Shown piece by piece: positions 22,401 to 34,866 of a stretch of 64,000 bases of DNA. The number at the start of each line of letters is the position of its first letter. Positions within the stretch are counted from its first letter, which is position 1. The DNA lies in the NCBI RefSeq assembly GCF_001447785.1, contig NW_015167060.1, positions 150,041 to 214,040 of the forward strand, written 5' to 3'. A program made the translations under genes and the position numbers. The notes beneath the pieces were generated by a model. The model ran no database searches. It saw only the letters and a list, made by a program, of their open reading frames with translations, and was not told the DNA's origin. The stretch is from Gekko japonicus. Taxonomy: Eukaryota.

Positions 22401-25400
22401 GCAAAGACGCACCTGACGCTACACTTTCAGAAGTGGCAGTTGGTGGCACAGCAGCTGATGCTGGTAGTGTGGGCACCGTGACTATAGTTGTCTGAGACAC
22501 AGATTCTACAGGGGGAGGCAGAAGTTTGGCTGGAGGTTCACTGGTGACAGCAGAAAAGGAAGCAAGCGATGTGGTGAACTGTGCTGGACCAGCTTCTAAA
22601 AGGCGGGAAAGAGTAGGACCACCTAACAAAGTATGAACAGAGGAAAGGCACATTAGCCAAGAAGCAACAACTACACAGGCCAACAAAGCAAGCAAACCCT
22701 GGGCTCTTCAGAGAATCCATGCTCCAGGGCTGTAAACTATGACACATCTGCAAAACTGGATATAAACAGCAGCTTTCAGAGTCTGTTGATGTCCCTAGCA
22801 AGTCCCAAGGCAACTAGGATTTCAAAAGTCAAACCTGGCAATACTTGACATCATTAATAAAAATCCATTATGCACCAAATCTGGGGTAAATCCCCCCCCC
22901 ATTATTAGCCCACTGAACAATGAAGAATATTTGTGCCATATTTCTTGATTTGCTTATTCACATTCCAGCATTTGGAGGCTTCAAGTATTCATGGAACATT
23001 GATGTGTATTAAATCGTTTAAAGGAAGCAAGGGAAGGGTAGGTTATAGAGTGATGCACATGGGACAGCAGGATAAAAAAGGGAGCTACAAAAGGCTATTT
23101 CTATAACCTCTGACTAGCAGATGACCTGCCCAAGTCTTCTTCTGGCTCCTGAGGCTTCAGCTGACATGGCTGGGTCTAGAAATACTGCTGGTACCAGTGC
23201 TGAGGATCTTTTGGGCAATGATTACAGATCTTTCCCCACTTTCCTGATTTCCCTGGTCAGACATGGCTGATGAGAAGAGGGAGAAGCGGGAAAGATTCAC
23301 AACCACCAGCACCTTCCACTGACAGATCATTGGATCCACCCTGTGGATGTCACCTTTTAAGTATACTTACTTTAATATTTCTATGTTCTTTAGTAAATTT
23401 CTCATACTCTATCATGGTAATATGATTACTTATTTTTGAAAGGACCAAGGAACCTGAGAAATCAAATTCTCCATCGGAGTCAAGATTCTGTTGTATCAGG
23501 TATATAACAGACTAAGTTTGATACAGAACTCTAAAGACAGGGCTGTGTATACATTGTGCTGACAATGCCCTGAGTCTGGCAGCATGGAAAATTGTGTAGC
23601 CAGTATAAGATACAAACACTGACACAATTTGTGGGAAGAATAAGAGGACTACACAGACATTCACAGCACACCAGGGCCACTAATATCCCCGCACTCCTTT
23701 CCCTCACCCCTTCAAGCATCTCTTGAGTTCTGCAAACACTACTCACATTTACACTTATTTTCATACCTTTGCAGGGCTAGAAAATGTCATTTAAAATCAA
23801 AGGTCAAATTCCCAGGCTACTTAAAACTAGACACTTCACAATCGACAAGAACAACAAAAATATGTCCTCAGACCCAAAGACCAATCAAAAAGACACACTC
23901 TACAGGTAGGAAAAGGAAACTGGAATGGGTGGGAAATTAAAAAAGCTATGCCCAACAGGGTCAACCATGAGAGAAAGACATTCTAGGATTACCTAAGAGA
24001 GAGATGTCTGAAGAAGTGCTTTGAGTACAAAGAAGTGGCAGAACAAATACCAGTAAGAAGAGAATCCCAAAGATAAAGAACAACAACAAAAAAGAGAAAA
24101 AGGACAGGACAGAAAGGAAGCATGGTGTGGCTGAACAATGCAAATATGTACCACAGGACTGAAGGGAACACGCAGCTGAAGGAGGATGAGAAGCTGGTGA
24201 GCAGAGGGATTTAGAGAAGAGAGAGTTCTAAACTGAACATGGAAGATAAATGAAAGCCATTCACAAGACAGGAATGACATAACCAAAGCCACCAACAGAC
24301 ACAATCTCTCCTCTAGAACTTTGTCTGTTTTTCAGGGCCTCTCTTTCACAGAATCAAAGCTTTTTCTAAAAAAAAAAGCTATGAGCATGCCCAGCAATAT
24401 AAAATAGCAGGAAGAGGAAAAACAATAACAGTAGCATTCTCGAGACTTACCAGAAGCAGCAGGAGATGCAGGAACGGTCGTAGAAGCTAACTGCATCTCA
24501 CCACCATGCAGCACTGGAAGGACCCCTCCCACATCAAGGAGGATACCAGAGCTGCTTGCATGACCAGAAACCACTGTCATCTCGCTCTCACCAACCTGCC
24601 AAAGGACGGAAGATACTTATATGTTAAAAATCAACTGCCAGTCTACTCCAATGCTGTACACGCAATATCAGGTCTCTCCTCCATACCCAGCCACAGTATT
24701 TCATGACCCAAATTAAACTTTTTCCAAGCACTTACTATCACTCTGTTGACACACTCATATCCTCGGTTACCTGGTAACACAGAATCAAGGTGCTCTGCCA
24801 TGTGGACAAAGCCAACACAGTACAGATGCCAGAGGGCAAGCTGAACCAATTTTTTTGTCTTATTTCTGTTCACACAGAGAGGACACTGTACCTCTCACAA
24901 GGGACTTACATGCTTGTTGTCGGAGCTCCCTTAACTTGTTTAATTAAAATGCTACAACCCTCCCAACTCAAAAATTCATCCCAAAAAGAAAAAAGAAAGA
25001 TTTTAACATTCAGGGGTTTTACTTGGAAACTCTAGGAGACTTTTCCCAGACATCTCCCTAGCATGCAAAAGAAATACAAAAGGGGATCAGGTACGCCACC
25101 AAAAGTCACAGGAGGTAAGGCATAACTAAGACATATATGCTAAAATAAACCCTGGCTATCCTGTATATAGCAAGAGCATGATCCTCCCCTGTGCAAAGGT
25201 GTGGTATCCACAAACAACGGATCCCCTTAAGGCCCAGAGATTTCAACCCCCTCCCCCCAATTTATGCTTGGGAATGCCATGCAGGCAGCACAAGTTACCC
25301 CTGTAATTCACAGCTCTCTTCCCCCATCCCCAGTGTGTGCTCCCCCCCCATATCCCATAATGACCTGTAAACAAGCTCCAAGGGTGGGCAAGGAAGGGAA

Positions 25401-28400
25401 GGTAGTGGGGAAACAGAGAGCTCCAACGAGCCCTCTGTAGATCCTTCTGCATGCAGCTACTGTGCCCATGCAGGAGGAAGGATCGCAACCTACATACATT
25501 AAAAATATGACATCCAAACCACTGCAAATATGGACGTTATAAAATATGTGAATAGTGAGGAAATGGTTGTCTAACCATGAAAGATCACCTGTATTAATGC
25601 ATAGATTCTGGCGTCGTCTTTTCAATATAGCTGATACATACTATTTCATTTTAATACATGCTCCTTGATTAGTCCCTTCTTCTCCAGTGTCAATATCATA
25701 TTAATGATGGCAGAATTTATTTAAAGCACTTCTAGGTGGGCTTACAATACGTATAAATATTTAAAATGGGCCAAGATGAAGCATTCAATGTAGTGGTGTA
25801 GATCTCTTGAAGGAGAGAGCACTGGAAGCCCACGTAAGAGCAAGACGTAAGTATTATAAATCAAAAAGGAAACAGTGAATAACAAATCAATGGCATGAGC
25901 AATCTGCAACTGCATTTCTTCAACAGGCTACATACGGCCACAGCGGTAGCACCTTGGTTACAGGCACGAATCATGAGCTAGATATTCCTGGCTCAAATAT
26001 TGCATCAGCCACAAACTCACTGAGAACAGAATTCGGAAAGCCTCTTTCCCTTTTTTTCTCTGCAGTGTAAGCAAAGCTCTTTGTGTGCCTAGAAAAAGTG
26101 TGCATAAGTATTGTGCTCCTGGCTCCGCAATACATGAAGATGCCTTACACCAAGTCAGACCACTGGTCTATCAAGGTCAATATGGCCTACACTGACTAGG
26201 CAGCAGCTCCCTAGGACTTTAGGGAGAGGCTTTTCACATCACTGCTACCACATCCTTTTACCGGAGATGCTGGGGACTGAAGCTGGGATCTTACATAAGC
26301 CAAGCATATGCTCTATCTCTGTGCCATGGCCCCACCCACAAGCCAGACATCTACGCTTTCCCTTTTCAAAGCTGTTTGTTCGTTTTGCCCTTTGTAGTGG
26401 AAGTCAGTCACAGAGATTCACCAGAACTATTGCATATAAAAGCAGTGAACTCCATACCAGCCTGGGGCTTGTGGGCAGGAGGCTGCCTTTCTTCAGCAGC
26501 TCTGAAAGCAGAGGAGAAGGAGGCGGAGTTGCTTTCTGTCCTAGCATCTTTTTCTGGGCTGAATCATCTGTGACTGGGGTCATGGGGGCATCCAGTGAGG
26601 TGGAGCCCATAGGGGTGTCAGGGATCCCAATGAAGGAGGCAACTGGGGTGTTGGGCAATGTCCCTGGAGTTACCTGAGAAAGAGAAAAACCACACTGTTC
26701 AATGCCACATCCTCATCACCTTGACAAGTCCCACTGACTCCTCCCACCAGGGCCAATGACCCAGCAAACCCCAAGCACCTCCTCCATCATTGCTCCCCTT
26801 AACCCTTTTGTGTATCTCTGCCTTGATATTTCTACACTAACCAAAATATATTCCACTTCCTTGCCACAAAGCAGACTTTGTTCTCTAGAAAAGCTGTCAA
26901 CATGGGGGACGGGGTGTTTAGATTGTGGAGAAAGGCATATAGCCCATCTGGTCTCGGAGAGCTGTACAGATGTCTGCATATTATAGGTTTCTCTTTTTTG
27001 CCAAATCCTTACCCCTGGACTAGCCTCTTCCACAGTGGGCTGAGACAAATCCCCTAGAGTGTAGTCTCCTCCTGGTGAAGTTGAGCCTGCTGGAGAGCGG
27101 ACCATCATTCCTGGCATTCTTCGTGATGGATTCTTAATTGCCTGACGAGCTGGAAGGAAATTGAATTCCACAGCTGTAGTCCAGAGACAGTCACATTGAG
27201 AAATAGGAAATCCCAACACAACATGAGATGAATGTCAACCACCAAATCAAACACTGAGATGCAACAGTTATACCTTGAATCCCAGTGGCTACTCACTTCA
27301 TAAAGATTCTGAATCTGGTACTGGTAGCAAACTTCCTAGTATCTAACGAAAACACTGACCACTAGTCTCCATCTAACAGCTTTTTTACTGCTAAAAGAAC
27401 AGCCCTGGTATTCTTAGGGCTCCCCCTTCAAAATCTGTGGTCCAGCTCTGCAAGCTTGTGCGGTGGCATATGTACTGTTTTCTACAAACACTGGAAGAGC
27501 CTATGGAAATTATACTGATCAAGTATTTCTGTAGGCCTCTTTCCTTTCTATCTGGATTTTACCACCCTGATTTTCATCCTAAATATACTCATATACTCAT
27601 GAGCCAAGTTACAGAATAGGCAAACAAAGAATCTCAGCTAACCTTGATAAGCAGCATCGGTAGCTTTCCTCTTCACCTCTGCCTCCTCTTCTTCCATTCT
27701 TTTTTTCCTAAAGAAATCCAGCAGACCTCAAAGTAACTGAGTGCTAATTGATCCCTTCCCATCAATTCTATGAGTTACATAGATCAGAGTATTTATAAAA
27801 CAACAACAAACTCTTGAGTATAATTTGTTATCCATGACCTAAGAAGTCAGCAGGTCAGGTACCAGAACCATTGTCCAGAAACCTTCCTCAAAGCTTTATT
27901 CCAAAGGAGGGCTTGGAAGACAGTGCAAACACTGAAGAGTCCCCCCTATCCCAGTCTGTGCAACAACCTTCCTCAAAGCTTTATTCCAAAGGACATGAGG
28001 GCTTGGAAGACAGTCCAAACACTGAAGAGTCCCCCCTTTCCCAGTCTGTGCACCATGGGCTTAGAACTACAGCAAAAGCCTAAAGAAGGATGACACAATG
28101 GTCAATTAATTGGTCTAATATTGGCAACATTCCATGAAGCGAAGAATGCCAGTTGATTACATTTTTCTTTCACTGAAATGCTTTTTGTTAGCAGCAACTG
28201 CATTTTGCTGAACAGCTACTGTAACTTTTTGTTCTTTCTGTTTTAATGTCATTACTCTTGAAACCACAGGCTGACCCTGGTGCTTTAAGGTAGATACTAG
28301 AGGGAAGAACTGTTAATCATTCACACGAAAAGAAACCTTACCAAACATTGTTAATTCACTACAATTTCATTCAAACTTGAACTTATTGAGAAGCAGCGGT

Positions 28401-31400
28401 TAATTCACTACAATTTCATTCAAACTTGGTGAACTTATTGAGAAGCAGCAGCTGCATGCATACATTACTTTTAACTAGCGTTAAGACACGATATGCATTT
28501 TTAACTAGCATTTTAACTGCTCCATTTCTAATGCAAACTATGGTTAGAAACTAACTCTAATTTAGAACTGCAGATTATTTGGCATGTGAATGGGACTAAT
28601 ACCACAACGCATGACCCCCTGCATTCATATGTCACAAGTGACCAGTTCGTTTCTAACTGAGATTCTCAGGGCAGGGGAGTGGAATGGGTAGAGAAGGGAG
28701 GTATGCATATAAGCCTGGCAAACCATGCCAGCTAAGAGTGACAGTGGAATACAGCCAATGAAATTAATTTATCTCTGTAATTGACATAAGAATCAAATAT
28801 GTTAATCATTTACATATCTGTTCTCAAAGAGATTATGCTTTTTAAAAACTCAAAAAGTATCTGACAAGCCAATGCTTAGCTCTAAACCCAAGCAGAGTTC
28901 CCTTTCAGATTCAACCTTGAAGTTTAGCAGTTCCAGTGAACCAAGCCCTGGGACTCAGACATGCAATCCCAGAGAGAACTGTTACAGGGAAATAATAAGA
29001 TAACCCACATAACAATGTCATTGTACAGTTCCTCCAGTCTGTGGTCCACGTGCCCCGCCTGAATCAGTTCTGCATCCCTCTTCAGCTGCCTGCAGGGACA
29101 ACACAAACAGAAGTCACATTCTATGTCATTATCAACCCATCCTGAAGCAGTCAAGCTGATCAAAAGCTCTCTACATTATAACTTATCAGGTAGATACCTG
29201 TACTTCTCTTGTGCCTCCTTAATCATCTTCTTCAGCTCCTCAACCCGTTCTGCTGTCAGTTTTCTCACAATAACATCTTCCACAGTTTCTACCACCTCTC
29301 CTTTCTCACCACGCTTTCTTCTACACCAAAAAGAAGGGGAAATAATCTAGGGACTATAAGTGACAACCAGTCCTACCAGACACAGTAGCTTTTCTCCTCC
29401 CCAAGCCCACCGCTCTGCTGTTCATGCCCATTACTTGTTCTCCTTTTTGGTCTTCTGCGACTGACAGGAACTGTTATATTAAAAGATTAGTTTGTACTTA
29501 CATATTCAACTACAGCTCTTAGAGCACATCCCTATATGCCCTGATTACTTGAAAGTAAGTCTTATTTCCCCCCCCCCAATAGTATCTTTTAAAGATTTTT
29601 TTAGTCCTATTTTTCCCCAAGTCAGCATGCCTAGGATCACTGCTTCAGACAGCCACTTTGAATTGCTATACTGAACGGTGGAAACTATGCCTCAGGCATT
29701 TTAAGAGGCCTGCTTCCCCAATCATTGTAAAGAATGTAGGAAACAAACAACACACACAATTCCGTCACACGGCAAAAATCAACACATACAAGAAACCTTT
29801 GCAGCTTTAGGCTTCCCCCATTCTTTCTTAAAGTGTGTGCCTAGATTCACCTCCCAGTACTTCAAGGGTTATATGTATCTGAGTGATCCCCGCATCTGCT
29901 TCAGAACTGTAGCTTTAAGAAGAATATTGTCGAGGTAAGCTGCCAATCGCCTTTGATAAAATCAAATTAGCTGGCCATTCTTACATAATCGCTTTCATAA
30001 GATGGCTGAACCACAACCCGTTTCAGCCCCCAGTGTTCATATAAAGATTTGCATTTGGGCCCTGACCTGGATAGCCCAGGCAAGCCCGATCTCATCAGAT
30101 CTCGGAAGCTAAGCAGGGCTGACTCTGGCAAGTACTTGGAAGGTCAAGCTCCAAGGAATACCAGAGGCAGGACGCAGAGACAGGCTAAACAATCCACCTC
30201 TCTGAAAAACATCCAAACTCCCAGTAGGGGTCACCAGAAGCAAGCAAGCATGCGCACACACACCTTTGTATTTTGGAGTCTTGGAAATGTTACTGTGATA
30301 GATGTATCAGAATTTACATATGATCAGGACTTTACAATATGTTCCTATGAAAAGACAGTAGTAATGCTGAGGGCCATGTATTCCCAGTGCTCTGCAGTGT
30401 GGTATAGTTACTACTCAAACTAGACACTGAGAGGGTATTTTTAGGTTCCAACTACTAGTCCATTCTCTCTTCCAACACAATTCTGGGTTTTGATTCCCCC
30501 CACTCCTCTGGTTGAGGGTGGCATGTCCTCTGAATAAATATGGAATCAACTTTTGAAATAAGATATCTTTGTAGATTTTGTGCATACACTCACATTTCTA
30601 CTAGGACATTAACACACACATACACACAATTTTAACAAACAAATGAAAGCAGGAGGGATGTGAAGCATACTGTTGTCTATGAGGCAGAATGAGTAAACAG
30701 TAAGATTCTGATTACAACATGACTGCAAGGAGTATGAAAGGAAGAAAAAGATTGTCAAACACACTGGCCACAAAAGGAATCACCAACCTGTACCTTTTGT
30801 AAGAATCACAAATATGTTGACAACAGGGATAGCTGCTGACAGTATGCCATAGCAACACTGTTAGAGCAACTGGGGGGGGGGCATTCTTCAAACCCATCTT
30901 GGCATAAAAAGCCTTAAACTTCACAAGATCATCAGAAATCAGGATAGAAGGAAAGGGGGGGGGGGAGGCAGTAAAAAAGCCAGTGTAAGAAAACTGCCCA
31001 AACAAATGAACACATTAGAAGAAGTAGAGGAGAGGGAGATAGGTTATGACTAACTGCCTCATCTTTGTATGTCACCATAGTATTCAACTATGGGCCAAAC
31101 TTAACCCAAAAGATGGTCTGGAAGCATGTTTCGTCTTCCATGTCCAAGATGCCATTCCAGTTCTAAAACAGCTATAGCATTTGTTAACACAAAGTATCTT
31201 CCTTACACTTTGAACCCCTGCCCCATTATAAAGAAAAAGAAAACAAACATCATATGATTTGGCCTTACTCACTTAGGTGTCTCTGTTGTCTCCAGGAGCT
31301 CAGAATACTGGGATGCACAGTGCTAGAAAAACACAAACAATTCTCAGAGAACAATAAATGACACACACTTCTAAGCATCTTCATACTCTGTAGGGTGCAT

Positions 31401-34400
31401 GTAGGGGCTTGGTAACAGGAGATTCTAGGGAGTCGTTTTAGGAACTGCAAGTAGGGATAGCCTGCAGAGCTTCTACACTCCATAAATGGGAGGCGGAGCA
31501 GCAACTGGCCATGATTCTATTGGTAGAAAGGGCCAATTTCTACATGGTGCACTGCTCGCAGAAACCAGTCTGGAGTGGGAGAAAAATACTTGTTCCACAG
31601 AAATTTAGATGTGTCCTCTGCACATCTGATTTACATGCAATCCTATACAGTCTAAGTCTATTGAGATCTGCAAAGGACTGCATGGTCAGTGAGGGATTGT
31701 GTGGAATCAATCTTGTCACACTGGCTGCTGGAAGGATAATAGGCTGCCTTTTTCCATTTTCCAATATGACTGACAACAGCTGGGAAATGCTCTTTGCACT
31801 CACTTCCCTCTACAGCAGTGGCATCCAAGTTTTTTCAGTGGTAGGCCACATGATCTACGAGGCTCTGCACTAAGCATGTGGTCCTAAATAACACCAACGT
31901 GGCAACATAGTCCCTAAACATCAGAATCCAGGGGGTTTATGTTTGGCATATAAATACTGAACATGTCTCAGGCATGAATTACAGGCATTAGGGCTTTATT
32001 CATATCTGTTTTCCTTTTGTCAGTAATTCTTTATAATGCTCGAGTTTTATGATGTAACTGTAGTGGAATATAATTCAAAATCTTTTGCTAAAAATCTTGG
32101 GCAGGCTATATTTGACCTGTAGGCTGCATGTTGGACACCTGTGCACTGCAGGAAGCACCTGGAGAGTCCTCAGCCTGTCACACTACTTATTGTGGCCGCT
32201 GAAAGGGTTTAATAATACCTAGAGATGTAAAAATTGAAGCCATGAGAAAAAGACATTTTTGTGGAATTTTTTTTTGAAAAACTGAAATATATGCAAAATT
32301 TACTTTCCTATCAAACTTAAACTTTTTACTGATTGAACAACATAGGATGGGTTTATATAAAATTCATATGTGTTTATAAAAAATTGTACTACCTCAGTGC
32401 TCCCCCAAATTTTCCAGTTCTTCCACTGAAAAAGCTGAGAGCCCTCGAGATCTTTTTGTGCTGTACATTTGGAATGAGTGAAATGTTTTGTAAGATAAGG
32501 TTTTCCTTACTCTAAAAGAGAAAATATTTTGAAGGAGTTTTCAGTGCTCCCTCAAAATTTTCCATTGGAAGAAGAGGAAAAAACAACAACTTTCCTTCTG
32601 AAGATTTTCTGGGTCTCCCCCGCCTCCACGTCTTCACATCCCTACCACCTAGCTCAGCATGGAGGCAGGTCCACACAATGTGTTCTTGGGCAAATATTTC
32701 TCAATAATGAAATGAAAGACCATTCTGCGCAGTGGGCAAATATAAGCACCAAACCTTCTGAGAAAACCAATCAGGTGGGCGGCCTGGCTCTGCAAAAGGT
32801 TTGATTGCTCTGCTGACAGACACCCTATAGGAGAAAAAAAAAGGCAGAATTAAGATTTACCTTCCTTTTACTGGAAAGATATAGCAGCGAAAAGCTCATG
32901 TTGGGTTCATTATCTGGGGGAAGCATGGAAACATGCTTATTTATATCCCAGCTCAAAGAGCTCGGCAACTAATAACAGTGCATTAATCAAAAATCCTTCC
33001 TCTGCATTACACTAACACTCCCCCCTATATCCTATTCCTAGCTACTAAAATCCAGATTAACCATTATTAGATGTTCAGAAATTCCAGCTGCTCGCATGAC
33101 TCCAAATTATTCCATAAGCCAAGAACTAGACTAAAAAAGGAGTTCCACGCAAATGATACCTAAACAGCTACAATGAGAACTGCTGAAAAATTGTTCTAAA
33201 TTCAGGCTCAGAGCCTCATGAGCATAATCTCATAGCCTTCAGAGCAATTTTTATTAAAAACACTTCAAGCCAAAGTGAACTAGTTAACAAAATGGTTTGA
33301 AGGATCTAGTTGTCATTATTGTTTTATGTTGCCAACTATCTAAATCAGTGTAAATGATACATAACTCAGCAACATTCAGACAAATATGGATGTAATTGCT
33401 TATCTACTTCTCATTAAGATAGTTTTGCATAGCAAGCTTCTCCCCTTCAATTGCTATCAATATCACTAACTCTACTAATCAAGTCAAGCCTGTGTGCAGG
33501 CAGAATAATAACCATTCAAGTATTTCCTAGGACACCTCCTGGAAGAACACATAACAGCAAGTTCTCACTAGCATCAGCCACACGTGTCTCACCAGTTCTG
33601 GTCCCCACTCCGCATGACAGAAGAAGCCAAGCACAGCTTCTCCCGGATAGACCATGGCTCCGTAGGTCCAATACTCAGCAGCTTGTGCTCTGATAGGGAA
33701 GAAAAAAACAAGCAGCAGTGTTGACCTAATCACATACCCCAGAAAGGGATTCTTCTGAGTAGCACCCCATCTAACCTCAATTCATGCCACCTCCCAGACT
33801 CAATGGTTACTTCCTCAAGCATTTTTCATACATGTGGGAATGAAGTAGAAGAATACTGAGATAACAGGGCTAAATAAATAAATAAACCTACAGATGTGAA
33901 ATCTGTATGTTCTCCTATATTAAAAATTCACTACAAACAGAAATGTAGCACAGCATGCAAAGTTATGAAGAAGATCTGTTCCCTCAGCTGTGCTAGTCTT
34001 CTGTTTGCACACCATTTTTCAATGACAACTGGAATCCACCACCACTAATCTGGAGAAAGGAGGTCCATTCTACCACCCTGTTAACAACTAATTTTCCTAC
34101 AAACTAAAAAAAAACACAACACAACATAATAACACTTCTCAAAACTCTTGCGGACATATCACTTCACAAGTAATCCATAATTGGAGAGCCCCTCTCCTAT
34201 GATTGGCATTTTTTCTTTTAAAAGGAAAGATTCTGCACCAACAAAAGCAGATATTTGACCAATTAATTTTTGCTTTGCACAGAGATACAACGATCCAAAA
34301 GACTAAGCTTGTCTTGTTTCATAAATGAATGAAGCTACCCTATACTGAACACTAGTTTACCAAGACCAGGTATTATCTATTCTGACTGGACAACAGCTCT

Positions 34401-34619
34401 CCAAGATGCCAGGTGAAAAATTTTTAGATCACCTATTGCCTGTATTGGGATTGAACCTTACACATGCAAAGGAAATACTCTACAACTAGCCTACAGCTAC
34501 TTCCCATAGCTATCACAAACACAGAAACCTTAACTTTTAAAAAAAGCAATCTTTTACCCTGCTAGAGCCCCACCCACCCTAAAGAAAGCCCCTCACTCAC
34601 TACCCGTCCCAGCTGCCAT
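10437..34619 (-). CDS. BRD8: Bromodomain-containing protein 8 (NuA4/TIP60 subunit), short isoform; 22 coding exons, 2874 nt = 957 aa + stop
   Basis: All exons are GT-AG bounded with consistent phases. Translation runs MAAGTGKHKLLSIGPTEPWSIREKLCLASSVMRSGDQNW ... bromodomain (IWKKAIMLVWRAAANHRYANVFLQPVTDDIAPGYHSIVQRPMDLSTIKKNIENG...NAVMYNSSDHDVYHMAVEM) ... DGGTRGRRCAIEADMKMKK*, matching recalled vertebrate BRD8. Confidence 0.97.
12610..12654 (-). CDS. BRD8: BRD8 45-nt exon (DSVPMGSPAFLLSLF), probably an alternative cassette
   Basis: aacag/GAC...TTT/gtaagt; phase 0/0; matches the recalled mammalian peptide. Confidence 0.88.
13387..13491 (-). CDS. BRD8: BRD8 exon 20 (QFLATQLIMQ...RKQDASEK)
   Basis: 105 nt, phase 0/0. 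Confidence 0.95.
13772..13949 (-). CDS. BRD8: BRD8 exon 19 (PMDLSTIKK...VLEQIQ)
   Basis: 178 nt; bromodomain with the conserved YN acetyl-lysine anchor. Confidence 0.96.
14397..15219. mobile_element. Non-autonomous hAT element, CAGGCCCGTAGCC family, GC-rich interior
   Basis: TIRs CAGGCCCGTAGCC / GGCTAAGGACCTG; perfect 8-bp TSD TAAGAAGT (14389-14396, 15220-15227). Confidence 0.88.
15282..15350 (-). CDS. BRD8: BRD8 exon 18 (YANVFLQPVTDDIAPGYHSIVQR)
   Basis: 69 nt; bromodomain ZA loop. Confidence 0.96.
16186..16476 (-). mobile_element. tRNA-derived Squam3-like SINE
   Basis: - strand head gagagccagtttggtgtagtggttaag (A box) ... ggtttgattccc (B box); (TTC)n tail. Confidence 0.8.
16559..16651 (-). 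CDS. BRD8: BRD8 exon 17 (SVCSEDQEAIQAQKIWKKAIMLVWRAAANHR)
   Basis: 93 nt; start of bromodomain. Confidence 0.95.
17018..17232 (-). CDS. BRD8: BRD8 exon 16 (DAQGEEDEED...SSPASSQF)
   Basis: 215 nt, AG/GT bounded. Confidence 0.95.
17645..17691 (-). CDS. BRD8: BRD8 exon 15 (ESMKEEAQALFENQMK)
   Basis: 47 nt, AG/GT bounded, phase fits neighbours. Confidence 0.88.
17854..17947 (-). CDS. BRD8: BRD8 exon 14 (LPLDDETSSP...HKYELS)
   Basis: 94 nt, AG/GT bounded, phase fits neighbours. Confidence 0.88.
18617..19069 (-). CDS. BRD8: BRD8 exon 13 (VDDHPEVLDV...GTVKTE)
   Basis: 453 nt, phase 0/0. Confidence 0.93.
20955..21590 (+). mobile_element. L2-clade LINE 3' fragment
   Basis: LHRLPIEYRICFKVLVLTFKALY; (TAAA)n tail. 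Confidence 0.85.
21663..21964 (-). CDS. BRD8: BRD8 exon 12 (SQPNACVSME...DIIAIIEDK)
   Basis: 302 nt, AG/GT bounded. Confidence 0.93.
22413..22622 (-). CDS. BRD8: BRD8 exon 11 (GPTLSRLLEAGP...ESVAS), contains LxxLL
   Basis: 210 nt, phase 1/1. Confidence 0.92.
24451..24595 (-). CDS. BRD8: BRD8 exon 10 (VGESEM...ASPAASG)
   Basis: 145 nt, AG/GT bounded. Confidence 0.92.
26150..26335 (-). mobile_element. tRNA-derived SINE, with related copies near 8850-9020 and 34330-34500
   Basis: Shared ggcagcagct...ggagatgc..ggg..tgaa..tggga..tt...catgc.aagc motif. Confidence 0.55.
26458..26673 (-). CDS. BRD8: BRD8 exon 9 (VTPGTLPNTP...PLLSELLKKGSLLPTSPRL), contains LxxLL
   Basis: 216 nt, phase 0/0, AG/GT bounded. 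Confidence 0.93.
27013..27149 (-). CDS. BRD8: BRD8 exon 8 (ARQAIKNPSRR...EEASPG)
   Basis: 137 nt, AG/GT bounded. Confidence 0.93.
27643..27707 (-). CDS. BRD8: BRD8 exon 7 (KKRMEEEAEVKRKATDAAYQ)
   Basis: 65 nt, AG/GT bounded. Confidence 0.93.
29009..29089 (-). CDS. BRD8: BRD8 exon 6 (QLKRDAELIQAGHVDHRLEELYNDIVM)
   Basis: 81 nt, AG/GT bounded. Confidence 0.95.
29198..29320 (-). CDS. BRD8: BRD8 exon 5 (RKRGEKGEVVETVEDVIVRKLTAERVEELKKMIKEAQEKYR)
   Basis: 123 nt, AG/GT bounded. Confidence 0.95.
30060..30240 (+). mobile_element. 5S rRNA-derived SINE
   Basis: gcccgatctcatcagatctcggaagctaagcagggc...agtacttgga...ggaatacc. Confidence 0.7.
31273..31322 (-). CDS. BRD8: BRD8 exon 4 (HCASQYSELLETTETPK)
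   Basis: 50 nt, AG/GT bounded. Confidence 0.95.
32755..32824 (-). CDS. BRD8: BRD8 exon 3 (VSVSRAIKPFAEPGRPPDWFSQK)
   Basis: 70 nt, AG/GT bounded. Confidence 0.95.
33593..33689 (-). CDS. BRD8: BRD8 exon 2 (HKLLSIGPTEPWSIREKLCLASSVMRSGDQNW)
   Basis: 97 nt, AG/GT bounded. Confidence 0.95.
34601..34619 (-). CDS. BRD8: BRD8 coding exon 1 (MAAGTG-K)
   Basis: ATG at 34619-34617; donor GTGAGT at 34600. Confidence 0.9.
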
Positions 34620-34866
34620 TTTCCTGAAGAAACAACCAGACACGGTGCTTGCTGGGAAACAGGCTATTATGCCTATAGCGCTTCCTTCCGGCTGAACAGT
34701 GGGTGGTACCTTCTTCTCAGAATCGCTTTCTTATTGGTTGTTTGAGGAGAAAAGCCCATGATTTTGCTCGTCTATGGTATTTTTTCACCCAGAGTTCTTT
34801 GGTGTGGCACGGAACAGGAAGTGCAGCTAAAAAGGCACGTGGGTTGGTGGGTCTTCCTTTGCAATC
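34620..34866. promoter_or_regulatory. Compact bidirectional promoter for BRD8 and NHP2
   Basis: 247 bp between divergent ATGs; ETS-like CCGGAAGGAAG (- strand, 34681-34691) and CAGGAAGT (34815-34822); CCAAT (- strand, 34733-34737); E-box CACGTG (34836-34841). Confidence 0.8.

Noticed and set aside
23105-23345. Cryptic exon in BRD8 intron 10
   Set aside because: Immediate stop in the required phase and a weak donor
30083-30165. 5S rRNA gene
   Set aside because: Diverged, lacks proper 5S ends and terminator, and continues into a SINE body
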